Source: a bacterium (GTDB taxonomy: Bacteria > Patescibacteriota > Patescibacteriia > JAGPKW01). From it: 64,000 bases of DNA. The position numbers and the translations under genes were made by a program. The notes under the pieces were generated by a model. That model searched no databases. It had not been told where the DNA came from and saw only the letters and a program-made list of their open reading frames with translations. Of the stretch, positions 50,199 through 60,603 are shown in pieces. The number at the start of each line of letters is the position of its first letter. The stretch's first letter is position 1. Where the stretch lies: positions 224,360-288,359 of the forward strand of contig JAJXYN010000009.1 in assembly GCA_021780535.1 (NCBI GenBank), written 5' to 3'.

Positions 50199-51204
50199 TT
50201 TTTAATTTATTTCTTCTATTTAAATACGCATTTAGAAGTATTAACACAAAAACTATAAAAAGTAAAGAGATAATTATAACATTATAATTAATAACTGCTT
50301 TTTTTTCATTAATTATAAATGGCCCTATTTTTTCAATTCTATAATTACCAGCTAAATCAACAGCCTTTACTTGTATTTCTTTTGTTAAATCTTGAAATTG
50401 TAATACATAAGGACTTTCTGCTCTTTTAAATGCTTCATCACCTTCTTTAACTTCATAATAATCTATTCCTGAATCTTTATCTTGTGCATTAAATATTATA
50501 GAAAATTTTCCATTACCTATTTTACTATCTTTTATTATTTTTACCGTAAATTCTTCTGGTCTTGTTGTATCTTCTGGATTAACTTTATCTGTGTTGTTAA
50601 TAGAATTATCAATCGGTTTATCTACTACTGGCGTTTGATTATTTACTGGCTGGTTATCAGTATTAGTTGGTGGATTTGCTGTATTATCTTTATTCGTTAC
50701 TGGCTGATTATTATTAGATGAATTGTTATTTGTATTTACAATTTCTAATAATAAATTTTTTATTTTAAATTTATCCTCTGTTGCATTACCATCATTCAAT
50801 AAAAATTTACTATTACTATCTATTTCTATACTTGTGATGCCTGGCTGCTTTGCAACAAATAAAGCAGAGAATATTTTTCCATTTTCTCCATTAAAGCCAC
50901 CTGGTGTTATCCCTGAAAAAAATATTTTATTACCTTGTATTCTTGGACTTTTTACCCAAAAAGCCACAGTAGAGTTACCTTTATAAATTTTTTGTAATTC
51001 TAAAAAATTACTATCAAAAGATAAAGACGATTCAAAAGCATTTATATTAGAGTTTTCTGTATTTATTAAAAAATCTACTCTAAAAACCTCACTAGTTGAA
51101 AGTTTATTACTTGTGGAATTTAAATAAACTGTTGAAGCATTAACATTAAACCCCAACAAAAAAATTGCAAATATAAGTGTTTGTAAAATAATTTTTTTTA
51201 TCAT
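50176..51204 (-). CDS. Cohesin-like domain protein with Asn/Pro linker and C-terminal TM anchor
   Basis: INAFE, FW..SP, FSGITPGGF, LLNDG; PEEF..DKDSGIDYYE..AVDLAGN domain; C-terminal TM helix. Confidence 0.8.
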   Translation of the reverse strand: MIKKIILQTLIFAIFLLGFNVNASTVYLNSTSNKLSTSEVFRVDFLINTENSNINAFESSLSFDSNFLELQKIYKGNSTVAFWVKSPRIQGNKIFFSGITPGGFNGENGKIFSALFVAKQPGITSIEIDSNSKFLLNDGNATEDKFKIKNLLLEIVNTNNNSSNNNQPVTNKDNTANPPTNTDNQPVNNQTPVVDKPIDNSINNTDKVNPEDTTRPEEFTVKIIKDSKIGNGKFSIIFNAQDKDSGIDYYEVKEGDEAFKRAESPYVLQFQDLTKEIQVKAVDLAGNYRIEKIGPFIINEKKAVINYNVIIISLLFIVFVLILLNAYLNRRNKLKNEKNNNI

Positions 51205-51212
51205 TTGTTTGA

Positions 51213-52199
51213 TTAATCACCTGTCCAATTATATGCCATTATAGAAAAATCTTTAATATCTATAATACCATCATTATTAAAATCTCCTTCTTTATAGTCA
51301 CTAGCTAACCAATGGAACAAAAGTATTGAAAAATCTATTAAATCAACATTACCATCTCCATTTAAATCACACTTTACCTTATAGTTATTATAATTTTCTG
51401 AATTTTTAATTTTATCATTTGAAATTAATATATTAATATCAATATTTTTACTTGAACCCACAATAGTATCGCTTAATAAATTTTTTGAATATAAAACATA
51501 ATTACCTTCTAATAAATCCTTTGTGTCAAATTGATATATATAATACCCTTGTTTGTTTGTTTTTATGGTATTTAATATTTTTTCTGTATTATCTTTTTTG
51601 TTTTGTAAGAATATTTGAACATCTGATTCTGATAAACCATAGCCATCTATATTAATATTCTCTCCTTTTTTAACTTCATTTACACTAGAGCTGATAGTTG
51701 GGGAAACATAAACATCTGTTACGGATATATAACTTCCCGGATTTAAGCTAACATTGAAATTTACTAAATTTGTTGTTGTTTTATTTTTAGTTTCTGACGT
51801 AACACTAAAAGAATAATCACCATGATAAAAACCATATATACTTTGAGAAAAATTCCCATTATCATCTGATTTAGCATATATTAAAATTTTTCCATCTTTT
51901 AAAATTTTAATTTTTGCATTAGGGATTGTCCTTCCTTGTATAAATATTACAGAGGAAGCAAGATTAACTTTTGAATGAGGCCCTTCATTATCATCTGTTG
52001 GGGATGTACAATCTGGATCTGCTGGATAATCAATTAGACCATCTCCATCATTATCTCTTCCATCCATACATTGTGGTACATATATTATTTTTAATGAAAA
52101 TTGTGGATTTGCTGCAAATGTTTGCTTATTAAAAAACAATGAGATTATAAAAATAATCAATGATGTTGTAAAAAAATTAAAAAATTTTTTATTAACCAT
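51213..52199 (-). CDS. Secreted dockerin-domain protein
   Basis: C-terminal duplicated DLNGDGNVDLIDFSIL / DFNNDGIIDIKDFSIM; N-terminal QCMDGRDNDGDGLID Ca-binding motif; Ig-like middle. Confidence 0.85.
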   Translation of the reverse strand: MVNKKFFNFFTTSLIIFIISLFFNKQTFAANPQFSLKIIYVPQCMDGRDNDGDGLIDYPADPDCTSPTDDNEGPHSKVNLASSVIFIQGRTIPNAKIKILKDGKILIYAKSDDNGNFSQSIYGFYHGDYSFSVTSETKNKTTTNLVNFNVSLNPGSYISVTDVYVSPTISSSVNEVKKGENINIDGYGLSESDVQIFLQNKKDNTEKILNTIKTNKQGYYIYQFDTKDLLEGNYVLYSKNLLSDTIVGSSKNIDINILISNDKIKNSENYNNYKVKCDLNGDGNVDLIDFSILLFHWLASDYKEGDFNNDGIIDIKDFSIMAYNWTGD

Positions 52200-52285
52200 C
52201 TTAATTTATACCTTAATTTAAATTAATATTTTATCTGTTAATTATATCATTTTAGATTTTTTATTTATAATAATTATCCACAAAA

Positions 52286-52316
52286 ATAAATATCACGCGA
52301 AGTGCGTGATATTTAT
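52286..52316 (-). terminator. Intrinsic terminator
   Basis: ATAAATATCACGC-GAAGT-GCGTGATATTTAT perfect hairpin. Confidence 0.75.
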
Positions 52317-52324
52317 AAGAAAAA

Positions 52325-55300
52325 TCAATTACCTATTACTGTAAGTGTCATATTTATTGAATACTCTCCACTTCTCTGACTTGCTGGAATTGATTGTAAT
52401 ATTGATACACCCATAATATCCCAATAAGAATTTGTTTGAGTTGCCGATGAAGATGACGCTATAGTAAGTGAATTTTGAGTGCCCTCAATAAAAGATGATG
52501 GACTTGAAAGAACTATACCCGTTGAAGTACCTCCTGGTTTTGGTGTGATAGAGGCAAATGAAGGATCTATAGACATTTGCCCACCTATAGTGTCCGGATC
52601 TGGTCCATCTTTTGCATCTGGTGTGGGGTCATTAAAATCATAACTATCTGTTCCGTCTGACCAAAAAGCAGTTTCTCCATATGATGCTGATAATGATACT
52701 GTCCATAAAGGATTAGCTGTTGAATTTGTTATTCTAATTTTTTGATTATCAAATCCAAATATACCTTGAGAACTTGAACTTGAATAACTAAATGTCCTTG
52801 GGTCCAAACTAAATATTGGATTCGTTATGGAATTTCCATTATTATCCACTATATCTATTGATAAAACACCAGATACTATAGAAACTTCTGGATAATTTGA
52901 GTATGTTTGTATATCTGTACCATCCACATTTACAACTTTAAAACAAAATGTTTTTCCTACCCCTGCATTATTATCAAATAAAGCAAAGTCCCATTTACCA
53001 TATTCTCCTATATTTAAATCACTCATGGAATTTGAAAAATCTCCGATTTCATTATATGTTTGATTTTTAATAGTAGCACCAATTTCATAAGGATCAGAAA
53101 GATTGCTTGTTAAAGCTACTCCACTGGAAACACTTGGATTATCTTTTAGCGCTATTGCCGTTGTCCTTGTTAAAACTGAATATGGGTATTGTGGATTACT
53201 ACATGTACCTGTCCCTTTTTCTGCAAATTGTAATTTAAAAAATCCTTCGTTTTGTAATATTTTGTTTTTAGAAACAGACATTAATAATCTTAATCTAAAA
53301 TCAGACAATGGTTCAATAGATCCTGCTATGTTTTGTTCTGCTATTCCATTTCCAACATCTGACGAATCTGTGTTTTTAAATAGTTTATAAGAGGCTAGAT
53401 TATAATATGGGCTTGTATTAACTGAAACCATAGGATAATTAGTATAATTATCTAATACTTCACCAGTAGATTTAACTAATCTAAAATAATAATTATTACC
53501 TGTAGCGTTTTTAGGGATTAAAGAAAAATCATATTCTCCAACATCATTATTTAATAAATTATTTATATTATTTATTGTTGGATTTTGTTCTGAATAAGAT
53601 TCTTTTTTTGTTGATGTAGATAATAATGTATTACCTATAACACTATCTGAATTAACTAAATTATTATCATAAAATTCCCATTCCTGATTTAAACCAACAC
53701 CATTCCAAGGACCTACTAATGATTTTGAATACTGTAAGACAAATGAAGTAGAGCTTGCTTTAAGTTCTGATAAATTATTTTTTATATTTATTCTTAATCT
53801 TAGTGGATTATTTTTTGAATCAGACAACCCTACTTGATTTTCATTAGCTATTGCCGTTACTGGGTCTATTGCATTTGTATTTGAATACCATCTATAAGAA
53901 TTTTGTGTTAAAGAATTCCCTATAGTTAATTTGGCATAATTTAAATATTCTTCAAAATCAGATCCTTCTGCTCTTATTAATTTAAAATAATATGTTGATT
54001 TTTCTGCGTTTTTTGAATTTAAAGGAAAATCATATTCTCCAGACTGATCTACTTGAATTATGTTTGGATTCAAATCTATTGGGTTTACTTCTGAATACAA
54101 TTCACCAACATTAGAATTAGACAATAACATTTGTGATATTATTGCTGATTGATTTATATTAACCGAATCATAAAATTCCCAGTCTTCTTTAGTCTCAACC
54201 GTATTTAAAGATGTTGTGGGACCGACAGAAACTAATTTAATTAATTTAAAATAATTAAATTTTCCGACCGACAAAATATCCCCACCATTAGATAAAACAT
54301 AAATACCCACATCTTGAACATTAGAAGCATTTGCTATTGTCACGGAATTCATTGCTGAAAAATTTATGCAGTCAATAGAATATGTTGCAGTAAAAACTGT
54401 CCCTTGTTTTTTAATTCTCAAACAATGCGGCCAGGTTGGAGTAACTGTTGGCGAATATAATGTATCTAAATAACCATTATTATTACTATCCCAAGCTGAA
54501 AGAAATGCTGTATTAATATTATCAACATTAACAAAATACCCATTATTTGGTTGTGTTTTTGTAATATCATTTTTAACCATAAGACCCATATTTTCTGAAG
54601 GACTTACATTATCCTGAGAAATACATCTTAAAGTAGCCTCAAAATCTCCATCTATATTATCTTGGTACACTGTTGAATAATCATCTACTGGAGTAACACC
54701 CGTAGCTTCCCATGTATCAACACCTCCAGAATTTATATTTAATGTACCATTTGATTCTGAAAAACTTGTTCCAGAAACTTTATCATTATCAAACGTTTTC
54801 CAATCTGATCTTATTGCCCCACCACTAAAATCATCATAAACTGCATATATATTATTTAAATTTGTTGGTGGGTTTACTGCATTTGGATTACCATAATACA
54901 CATAATAGTCACCTGTTGTTGATGAATTTGTATTTACTGCAATGTCAGACATGAGTCTAAATTGTATATTAGAAGATGTAGAAAACCAATTATCTGCTAT
55001 TCTGTCTAATTCATAATTTTCACCAGTACTTTTTTGAAAAACTACTCTAATATCATCACCACTTGTTTGAGCAATTTGTGTGTTCATTGTGAATGACACC
55101 GTTAGTCCACTTGGCAGTAATGAGTGACTTGTCCCAAAATTTATCTTTTGTCTTTTTGAATAATAATTATTCCACCATTTTGCACCAACACTAGGATTTG
55201 AAACTGTTTTCCATGGACCATTTATACTCATTTTTGAATATTGTAAAATGAAACCTTTTGAAGTAAGTGCTTCATTTTTTGCTTGAACGTTTAATCTTAA

Positions 55301-57235
55301 TCTTGCTAAATCATTTTCATTTATAAAAGATTCTGAATTTTCTTGAGCTAATGAAATTGTTGGTGTTATTAGATCATTGTTTGCATACCATCTGTAATAG
55401 TTTTGAACCAAATGACTTCCAACCAACATTTCTGGATAATTTAAATAGCTACTCAATTCTTTATTATCTGTTGCATTAAATAATCTCAAACAATAATCAC
55501 CATCCAAAATGGTGCTAGAAATTTTAATACTATATTCTAGTTCCGTGTATCCATTGTTTAATAAAGCTATTTGACTACTAGTATTTGTTGTATCCATACC
55601 TCTGCCTGATGTAAATGTGTATGCTTCTGGATTATCAAATATTGGCAACGTTAAATCTTGATCTATATATTGGGTTGAATCTGACATAACAATATTTGAA
55701 GCATCTGGTATATCTTTCCATGTTGTAGTGCTTAAACAACTACCCCCCGTTTTTGACCCATATTGTATTTTTAAACCTTTACCAGCTGTTGTATCTGATT
55801 CTCCAGTATTTGAAATTGCAAATCTAATTCTATAATTTATATTTTTTGTTATTAATGGTGGGTTTTCATTATAATTCGTTGTTAACCAACCATTGTTATC
55901 ATTTAATGCTTTTGTATCATCTCTCCATTTGTATTTATATTGATTCAATGTTGGTTGTGGCGTGTATTGTATATTTTTAAAATTAAGACCTTGAGCCCAT
56001 GTTGCAAAATTATAACTAGTCCCTGTTGGATAATATTCTCTTTGCAATGTGATTGTTGTATTTGCAGAATATCTAGATGAAAAAATACCAGCTGGATAAT
56101 TATTTGTATTATTATTCATACTTGAATAAGCCGTTGACATTCTACAAGTTGTATTTGGATTTGATGTGGTTGTTATAGCAGCAGTTTTAGAACCACCCCC
56201 AGAATTTGTTTTAAATTTATAATCTACTGATAAATTTGGATGGCTAAATACATATATATCAAATGATTTAATTGCTCCTGATATTTGAGAGCCCATGGCT
56301 ACTGTTGTTTCTGATGTATTTTGTGCAACCCCATTTCCTAGCGTTATTATTGTACCGAGTGAACCATTACCAAGTGCTGCTGCTTGTGAATATCCAGATC
56401 CGTACACCCAAGTATTAGCTCTTGTGGCTGAAGATATTGTTGCTGTATTATATGCTGCCGTTGTATTTGAACCACTTGCACCATTTGAACCAGATATAGC
56501 AACTCTTTGCACATTCCAAGCACTTCCCCACTCTATCGCGTAAACAGTACTTGTTGCTAATGACAAAATACCATCATTATTACTATTATATCTTTCCCAA
56601 TTTATCGTATTTGTCCCTGTTGGATAAAGTCTTAGCCAACCTGCATTATAATAACCAGAATTTGCGGCGCTATCTTCTATATTTGTTCCAGAACCTAACC
56701 CCCCACCAAATATAGAAACTTTATTAATATTAGTCCATGGGGTAATGGAAGATGTTGTTCCTGACTGTAATCTAGTTGTTGTATTTGTATATCTTGGAGT
56801 TGATAAATCTAATATATCTAATGTCTTAAATCCATTATTTGTACAATCAACTAAACACTCAACTACTGTCACCACACCAACCCAACTTGATGAACCTACT
56901 GCATATCTTTTTAGTTCTACCGATGTTGTACTTCCTGTTGTTGGTAAACTTTTATTTGCTCCTAATGGTAATTTTGATATTTTTACATAACTGTTTGTGG
57001 GACTTTTTATGACATTCCCACTTTCAGCTCCTCGTATTAGAATAAAATGATCTGGAGATAATGGATTATTTAAAGTCAAATTATATGTAGTGCCAGTAAA
57101 ACCTGTTGTTATATTATATTCTGTAACTCTAAAAACATCACTAGCAGAGACATTACGTGATACAAAAAAACAACCTAAAACAAGGCTTCCTAATAAAACT
57201 TTTTTAAAAATATTCCCCAAACTCCTTGGATTCAT
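52325..57235 (-). CDS. Giant secreted adhesin-like protein (4 repeated beta domains, DUF2341-like insert, C-terminal WxL-like domain)
   Basis: Signal peptide; four L.Q..Y[RK]W..RLR..F.LQY..GEYDF repeats; YYVYYGN; C-terminal ~180 aa homologous to 58714-59346. Confidence 0.8.
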   Translation of the reverse strand: MNPRSLGNIFKKVLLGSLVLGCFFVSRNVSASDVFRVTEYNITTGFTGTTYNLTLNNPLSPDHFILIRGAESGNVIKSPTNSYVKISKLPLGANKSLPTTGSTTSVELKRYAVGSSSWVGVVTVVECLVDCTNNGFKTLDILDLSTPRYTNTTTRLQSGTTSSITPWTNINKVSIFGGGLGSGTNIEDSAANSGYYNAGWLRLYPTGTNTINWERYNSNNDGILSLATSTVYAIEWGSAWNVQRVAISGSNGASGSNTTAAYNTATISSATRANTWVYGSGYSQAAALGNGSLGTIITLGNGVAQNTSETTVAMGSQISGAIKSFDIYVFSHPNLSVDYKFKTNSGGGSKTAAITTTSNPNTTCRMSTAYSSMNNNTNNYPAGIFSSRYSANTTITLQREYYPTGTSYNFATWAQGLNFKNIQYTPQPTLNQYKYKWRDDTKALNDNNGWLTTNYNENPPLITKNINYRIRFAISNTGESDTTAGKGLKIQYGSKTGGSCLSTTTWKDIPDASNIVMSDSTQYIDQDLTLPIFDNPEAYTFTSGRGMDTTNTSSQIALLNNGYTELEYSIKISSTILDGDYCLRLFNATDNKELSSYLNYPEMLVGSHLVQNYYRWYANNDLITPTISLAQENSESFINENDLARLRLNVQAKNEALTSKGFILQYSKMSINGPWKTVSNPSVGAKWWNNYYSKRQKINFGTSHSLLPSGLTVSFTMNTQIAQTSGDDIRVVFQKSTGENYELDRIADNWFSTSSNIQFRLMSDIAVNTNSSTTGDYYVYYGNPNAVNPPTNLNNIYAVYDDFSGGAIRSDWKTFDNDKVSGTSFSESNGTLNINSGGVDTWEATGVTPVDDYSTVYQDNIDGDFEATLRCISQDNVSPSENMGLMVKNDITKTQPNNGYFVNVDNINTAFLSAWDSNNNGYLDTLYSPTVTPTWPHCLRIKKQGTVFTATYSIDCINFSAMNSVTIANASNVQDVGIYVLSNGGDILSVGKFNYFKLIKLVSVGPTTSLNTVETKEDWEFYDSVNINQSAIISQMLLSNSNVGELYSEVNPIDLNPNIIQVDQSGEYDFPLNSKNAEKSTYYFKLIRAEGSDFEEYLNYAKLTIGNSLTQNSYRWYSNTNAIDPVTAIANENQVGLSDSKNNPLRLRINIKNNLSELKASSTSFVLQYSKSLVGPWNGVGLNQEWEFYDNNLVNSDSVIGNTLLSTSTKKESYSEQNPTINNINNLLNNDVGEYDFSLIPKNATGNNYYFRLVKSTGEVLDNYTNYPMVSVNTSPYYNLASYKLFKNTDSSDVGNGIAEQNIAGSIEPLSDFRLRLLMSVSKNKILQNEGFFKLQFAEKGTGTCSNPQYPYSVLTRTTAIALKDNPSVSSGVALTSNLSDPYEIGATIKNQTYNEIGDFSNSMSDLNIGEYGKWDFALFDNNAGVGKTFCFKVVNVDGTDIQTYSNYPEVSIVSGVLSIDIVDNNGNSITNPIFSLDPRTFSYSSSSSQGIFGFDNQKIRITNSTANPLWTVSLSASYGETAFWSDGTDSYDFNDPTPDAKDGPDPDTIGGQMSIDPSFASITPKPGGTSTGIVLSSPSSFIEGTQNSLTIASSSSATQTNSYWDIMGVSILQSIPASQRSGEYSINMTLTVIGN

Positions 57236-57352
57236 TAAAATATTTTATAATTTATTAATAATATTATAGCATAAATAAATAAATAATATATATACACAAA
57301 AACATAAAAAAGAGACTACTATCTAAAAGTAAACCTCTTTTTTTAATTTAAA

Positions 57353-58597
57353 TTATTTAGTTTTTTTCTTTTTTGTTAATTTCTTTTTTGGTGAAGTTAT
57401 TGATTTAACTTTATTTATCATAGAAATTCTTTTTTTATTATAATCTTCCTCTAGATCATCTGGTACTTTAATTTCGTCTTTTGAATCTACCATATATGGC
57501 GCTTTTATTTTGTTAACACTTGCTAACAATTTCCAATTAACTTCATATTTCTCTGCTAATACTTTTATATTTGTAGCTCTTGCAACTGTATGTTTTTTCC
57601 ATGTTCCTATCCAATTTTGTCTTTTCTTCCATATAGACAAAAGATAGATATTAAATGTTATAAATAATAATATAATAATTTCAAACATTAAACCTTTTGC
57701 TGTTGGAAATGAAAAAAATGATATTTCTTTTTCCGATTCTAATATTTTTAATTTGCTTTCATCTTTTAGATCTCCTTTAATGTTTGGATTATATTTTGCC
57801 ACTAATCTAGCTGTATAAAATCCTCCCCAAAAAGGTTTTGGTAATTCAAAATTCCAAACCGATGTTTCTCCTCTCAATACAATAAATTCTCCACCTACTG
57901 TTTTATGAGTTATTCCTAATATATTTTTTACGATTACATTTACATCTGTATTCACTGAAACATTACCACTATTTTTGATTGATGAATTAAACACAAAAGA
58001 TCCATCTTGTTTATTTGATATTTCAAATTTACCCAAAGATATTTTTTTAATCAAATCACCTGGAATTGTTATAGAAACCCTTACCCCGGTTCTTATAGAT
58101 AATTGTATTCCTGATTTTTTATTATTTTTATCAACTGTATCATCTTTTTTTTCTTGAATTAAAAAACATCCATCATGTTCACCAGAATCTGTTTTGGCTG
58201 GAATAGAAATTGTAAAAGGTATAATTTCATTTGTTCCGGGATCTAATTCTACTTCATTTTTATCTAACTTAATCCAAGATCCTACTTCTATCTTGTTTTC
58301 ACCAAATTGCTTACAAGCAAAGCCACCATCTGTTGATGATACGGAATCAGCTGCATATACTGAAAATGTTTTTTTAACTTTTGTGTTATTAATCACCATT
58401 AGACCATCTCTTTTACTTGAACCTAAATCTATATCATATGAAAAAGCGCTATCACTTTTTCTAACTGTTCCATTTTCTAAATCTGCTGGCCTTAATCCAA
58501 AACCACCATATTCAAAGGCTTTTACTGTTGGTATTAAAAAACTAGAAACAAGAAAAACCAATAAAAACGACGATGTTAAATACCTTTTATTTATCAT
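57353..58597 (-). CDS. DUF916/DUF3324-like WxL-interacting protein with TM helix and LysM-like domain
   Basis: F.Y.I..G....D...V.N, YAAD, W.KL, PFTISIP....GEH.G, NSGNV; TM helix; LAEKYEVNWKLLASVNKI. Confidence 0.75.
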   Translation of the reverse strand: MINKRYLTSSFLLVFLVSSFLIPTVKAFEYGGFGLRPADLENGTVRKSDSAFSYDIDLGSSKRDGLMVINNTKVKKTFSVYAADSVSSTDGGFACKQFGENKIEVGSWIKLDKNEVELDPGTNEIIPFTISIPAKTDSGEHDGCFLIQEKKDDTVDKNNKKSGIQLSIRTGVRVSITIPGDLIKKISLGKFEISNKQDGSFVFNSSIKNSGNVSVNTDVNVIVKNILGITHKTVGGEFIVLRGETSVWNFELPKPFWGGFYTARLVAKYNPNIKGDLKDESKLKILESEKEISFFSFPTAKGLMFEIIILLFITFNIYLLSIWKKRQNWIGTWKKHTVARATNIKVLAEKYEVNWKLLASVNKIKAPYMVDSKDEIKVPDDLEEDYNKKRISMINKVKSITSPKKKLTKKKKTK

Positions 58598-58713
58598 AAT
58601 TTAATTTAATTACTAAATAATAATATAAGAAATATTGATTATAATTATATCATGAATATATTTTTTAGAAAACAAAAAAGAATGGTTTAAACACCATTCT
58701 TTTTAATAAATAA

Positions 58714-59346
58714 TTATTTAGCAACAACTGAAATTGTCATTGGTAAAGAATAATCTGCTGCTGTTTGCATAGCTGGGATTGTTTGTGTTAATGCAACACC
58801 TTGCAACGTCCAATCTCCAATTTTAGCAGAAGTAGCATCAGCATCTAATAATGTAATAGAAGCTACAGTTGAAGAAAAATTACTTGCTGAACCTTTTACA
58901 ACGCCTGTATTTGCAGCTGTTGATTTACCATGAGTCAATACTCCAACTGAAGGATCAATTGCTAATTGACCACTAGTAGCTACATCATTTTTATAATCAA
59001 AATTAACAGTATTACCAGCGTCTTGCCATTTTGCAGCAGTTGCAGCTATTGATGTTGTCCAACCATTAGGAGCAGCATCAGGGTTTGATACTAAAATTTG
59101 CTGTGTTGGAGAACCTAAAGTAGCTGTAGAAGTTTCAGATACCATGCTTGCAGTAACAGGAGCAAAGGCAATAGCAGGAGCAGCTATCGTAGCATAAGTA
59201 CCATCCACAATATCAACCGCTAAAGTACCTGGATTAATTTTTAAAGTAAATTGAGCCATATTAGAAGCAAGAACAACTCCAGCAACTAATACCATTCCTG
59301 TCATAGCTAAAGCAGGAATACTTATTTTTCTAAATGATTTTGACAT
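58714..59346 (-). CDS. Small secreted WxL-like protein
   Basis: Signal peptide; PGTL.VD, NGWT, DWTL, LTQTIPA, YS..MTISV; adjacent to the DUF916-like gene. Confidence 0.75.
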   Translation of the reverse strand: MSKSFRKISIPALAMTGMVLVAGVVLASNMAQFTLKINPGTLAVDIVDGTYATIAAPAIAFAPVTASMVSETSTATLGSPTQQILVSNPDAAPNGWTTSIAATAAKWQDAGNTVNFDYKNDVATSGQLAIDPSVGVLTHGKSTAANTGVVKGSASNFSSTVASITLLDADATSAKIGDWTLQGVALTQTIPAMQTAADYSLPMTISVVAK

Positions 59347-59514
59347 TTTTGTTTTGTTTAAAAACTTAATTAAATAAAATATATTTTGGTTTGGTTTATA
59401 TATTAGTTATATTATAACACAATTATTAATATATGCACTTACTTTCCACCTGTGGATAAGTTGTTGGTGTATAAAAAATAACCAACCAGCATATTACTGA
59501 TTGGCTAGACTTCG

Positions 59515-60546
59515 TCAATATCCTACGAATTGACGGTAATCATTTTGATCAACAGACCAAAGTTTCATATTCGGGACACCATCCCGCCCTTTGTATTTTT
59601 CAAAAAGATTTTGATATATTTCAATTAGCTTTTGGTTTCTTGCAACAGTTACTACATCTTCTCCATAATTTATTATAAATTTTGCACTTTTAACATCCTC
59701 CTTCTTTTTTGCATAACCAGCGAGATACTCTTTTCCGTTTATTGCGGCTGTTACATTGTTGTAGGCCATTGCAATAAAAAACGGACTTTCATTTTTATAA
59801 TAATCCCTTAAATAATCCCATTTATTTCCAACAAAATCCGTAGAGTAATCAATGTTCATAGCATCTTCTATTCTTATTTTATCGTTAGCATTATACCCAA
59901 TATTGATTTGGGCTGCGCCAAACGATGCTTCCCCTTTATATAAATACCACTTTCCATTACCATTAAAATACTTTACATATACATCAAATGCTTTTCTCTG
60001 AGTATTCCAAGCTTGTTTAACATTTGAAATACTTCCATTACTTTTTCCAAAATATAAAGATTCTTCATTGATTTTGGTTTCAACCCAAAGCTGAGCACTA
60101 AGTAGAGATGCTGGAATACTGTATTTATATTGTGCTTTCAGAATTGGAGAAATAAATCTCTCCGGAGTCCCATTAATTGGGTCCGCAGAAAAATCCTCAA
60201 ACTTTAGACTTTTGAGTGGTTTATGTAGCTCCTCGTTCCACTTTATGATAGCTTCATTGAGTGAATTTGTTTCATTAACAAAAACTAATTGCATTGTTAA
60301 CGTATTTATTTCAGCTGTTTTTTCACTTGCTGTTTTATAATACTTAACAAACAAAATGGAAGAAATAGAAAATGCAATAAACAAAGAAATGGCTATGATT
60401 ATAAATCTATTTTTTGAATATCTTGTCTTTTGATGTTCTGTGTACATTTTGTCGGCGTGTTGTATCCACGTAGAAAAGTCCATACTCATATCATCAGAAA
60501 GTTCTATTTCACTCATAACATCCTCCCAGATGTCTTCATGAACCAA
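59515..60546 (-). CDS. Membrane-anchored lytic transglycosylase (SLT-like)
   Basis: AQLWVET (catalytic Glu), FGAAQI and AMAYN motifs. Confidence 0.7.
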   Translation of the reverse strand: MVHEDIWEDVMSEIELSDDMSMDFSTWIQHADKMYTEHQKTRYSKNRFIIIAISLFIAFSISSILFVKYYKTASEKTAEINTLTMQLVFVNETNSLNEAIIKWNEELHKPLKSLKFEDFSADPINGTPERFISPILKAQYKYSIPASLLSAQLWVETKINEESLYFGKSNGSISNVKQAWNTQRKAFDVYVKYFNGNGKWYLYKGEASFGAAQINIGYNANDKIRIEDAMNIDYSTDFVGNKWDYLRDYYKNESPFFIAMAYNNVTAAINGKEYLAGYAKKKEDVKSAKFIINYGEDVVTVARNQKLIEIYQNLFEKYKGRDGVPNMKLWSVDQNDYRQFVGY

Positions 60547-60603
60547 TATTTAGCTCATAAAGAGTTTGATGTAAATTATCATAAAATTGACTGTATGTCA
60601 ATC

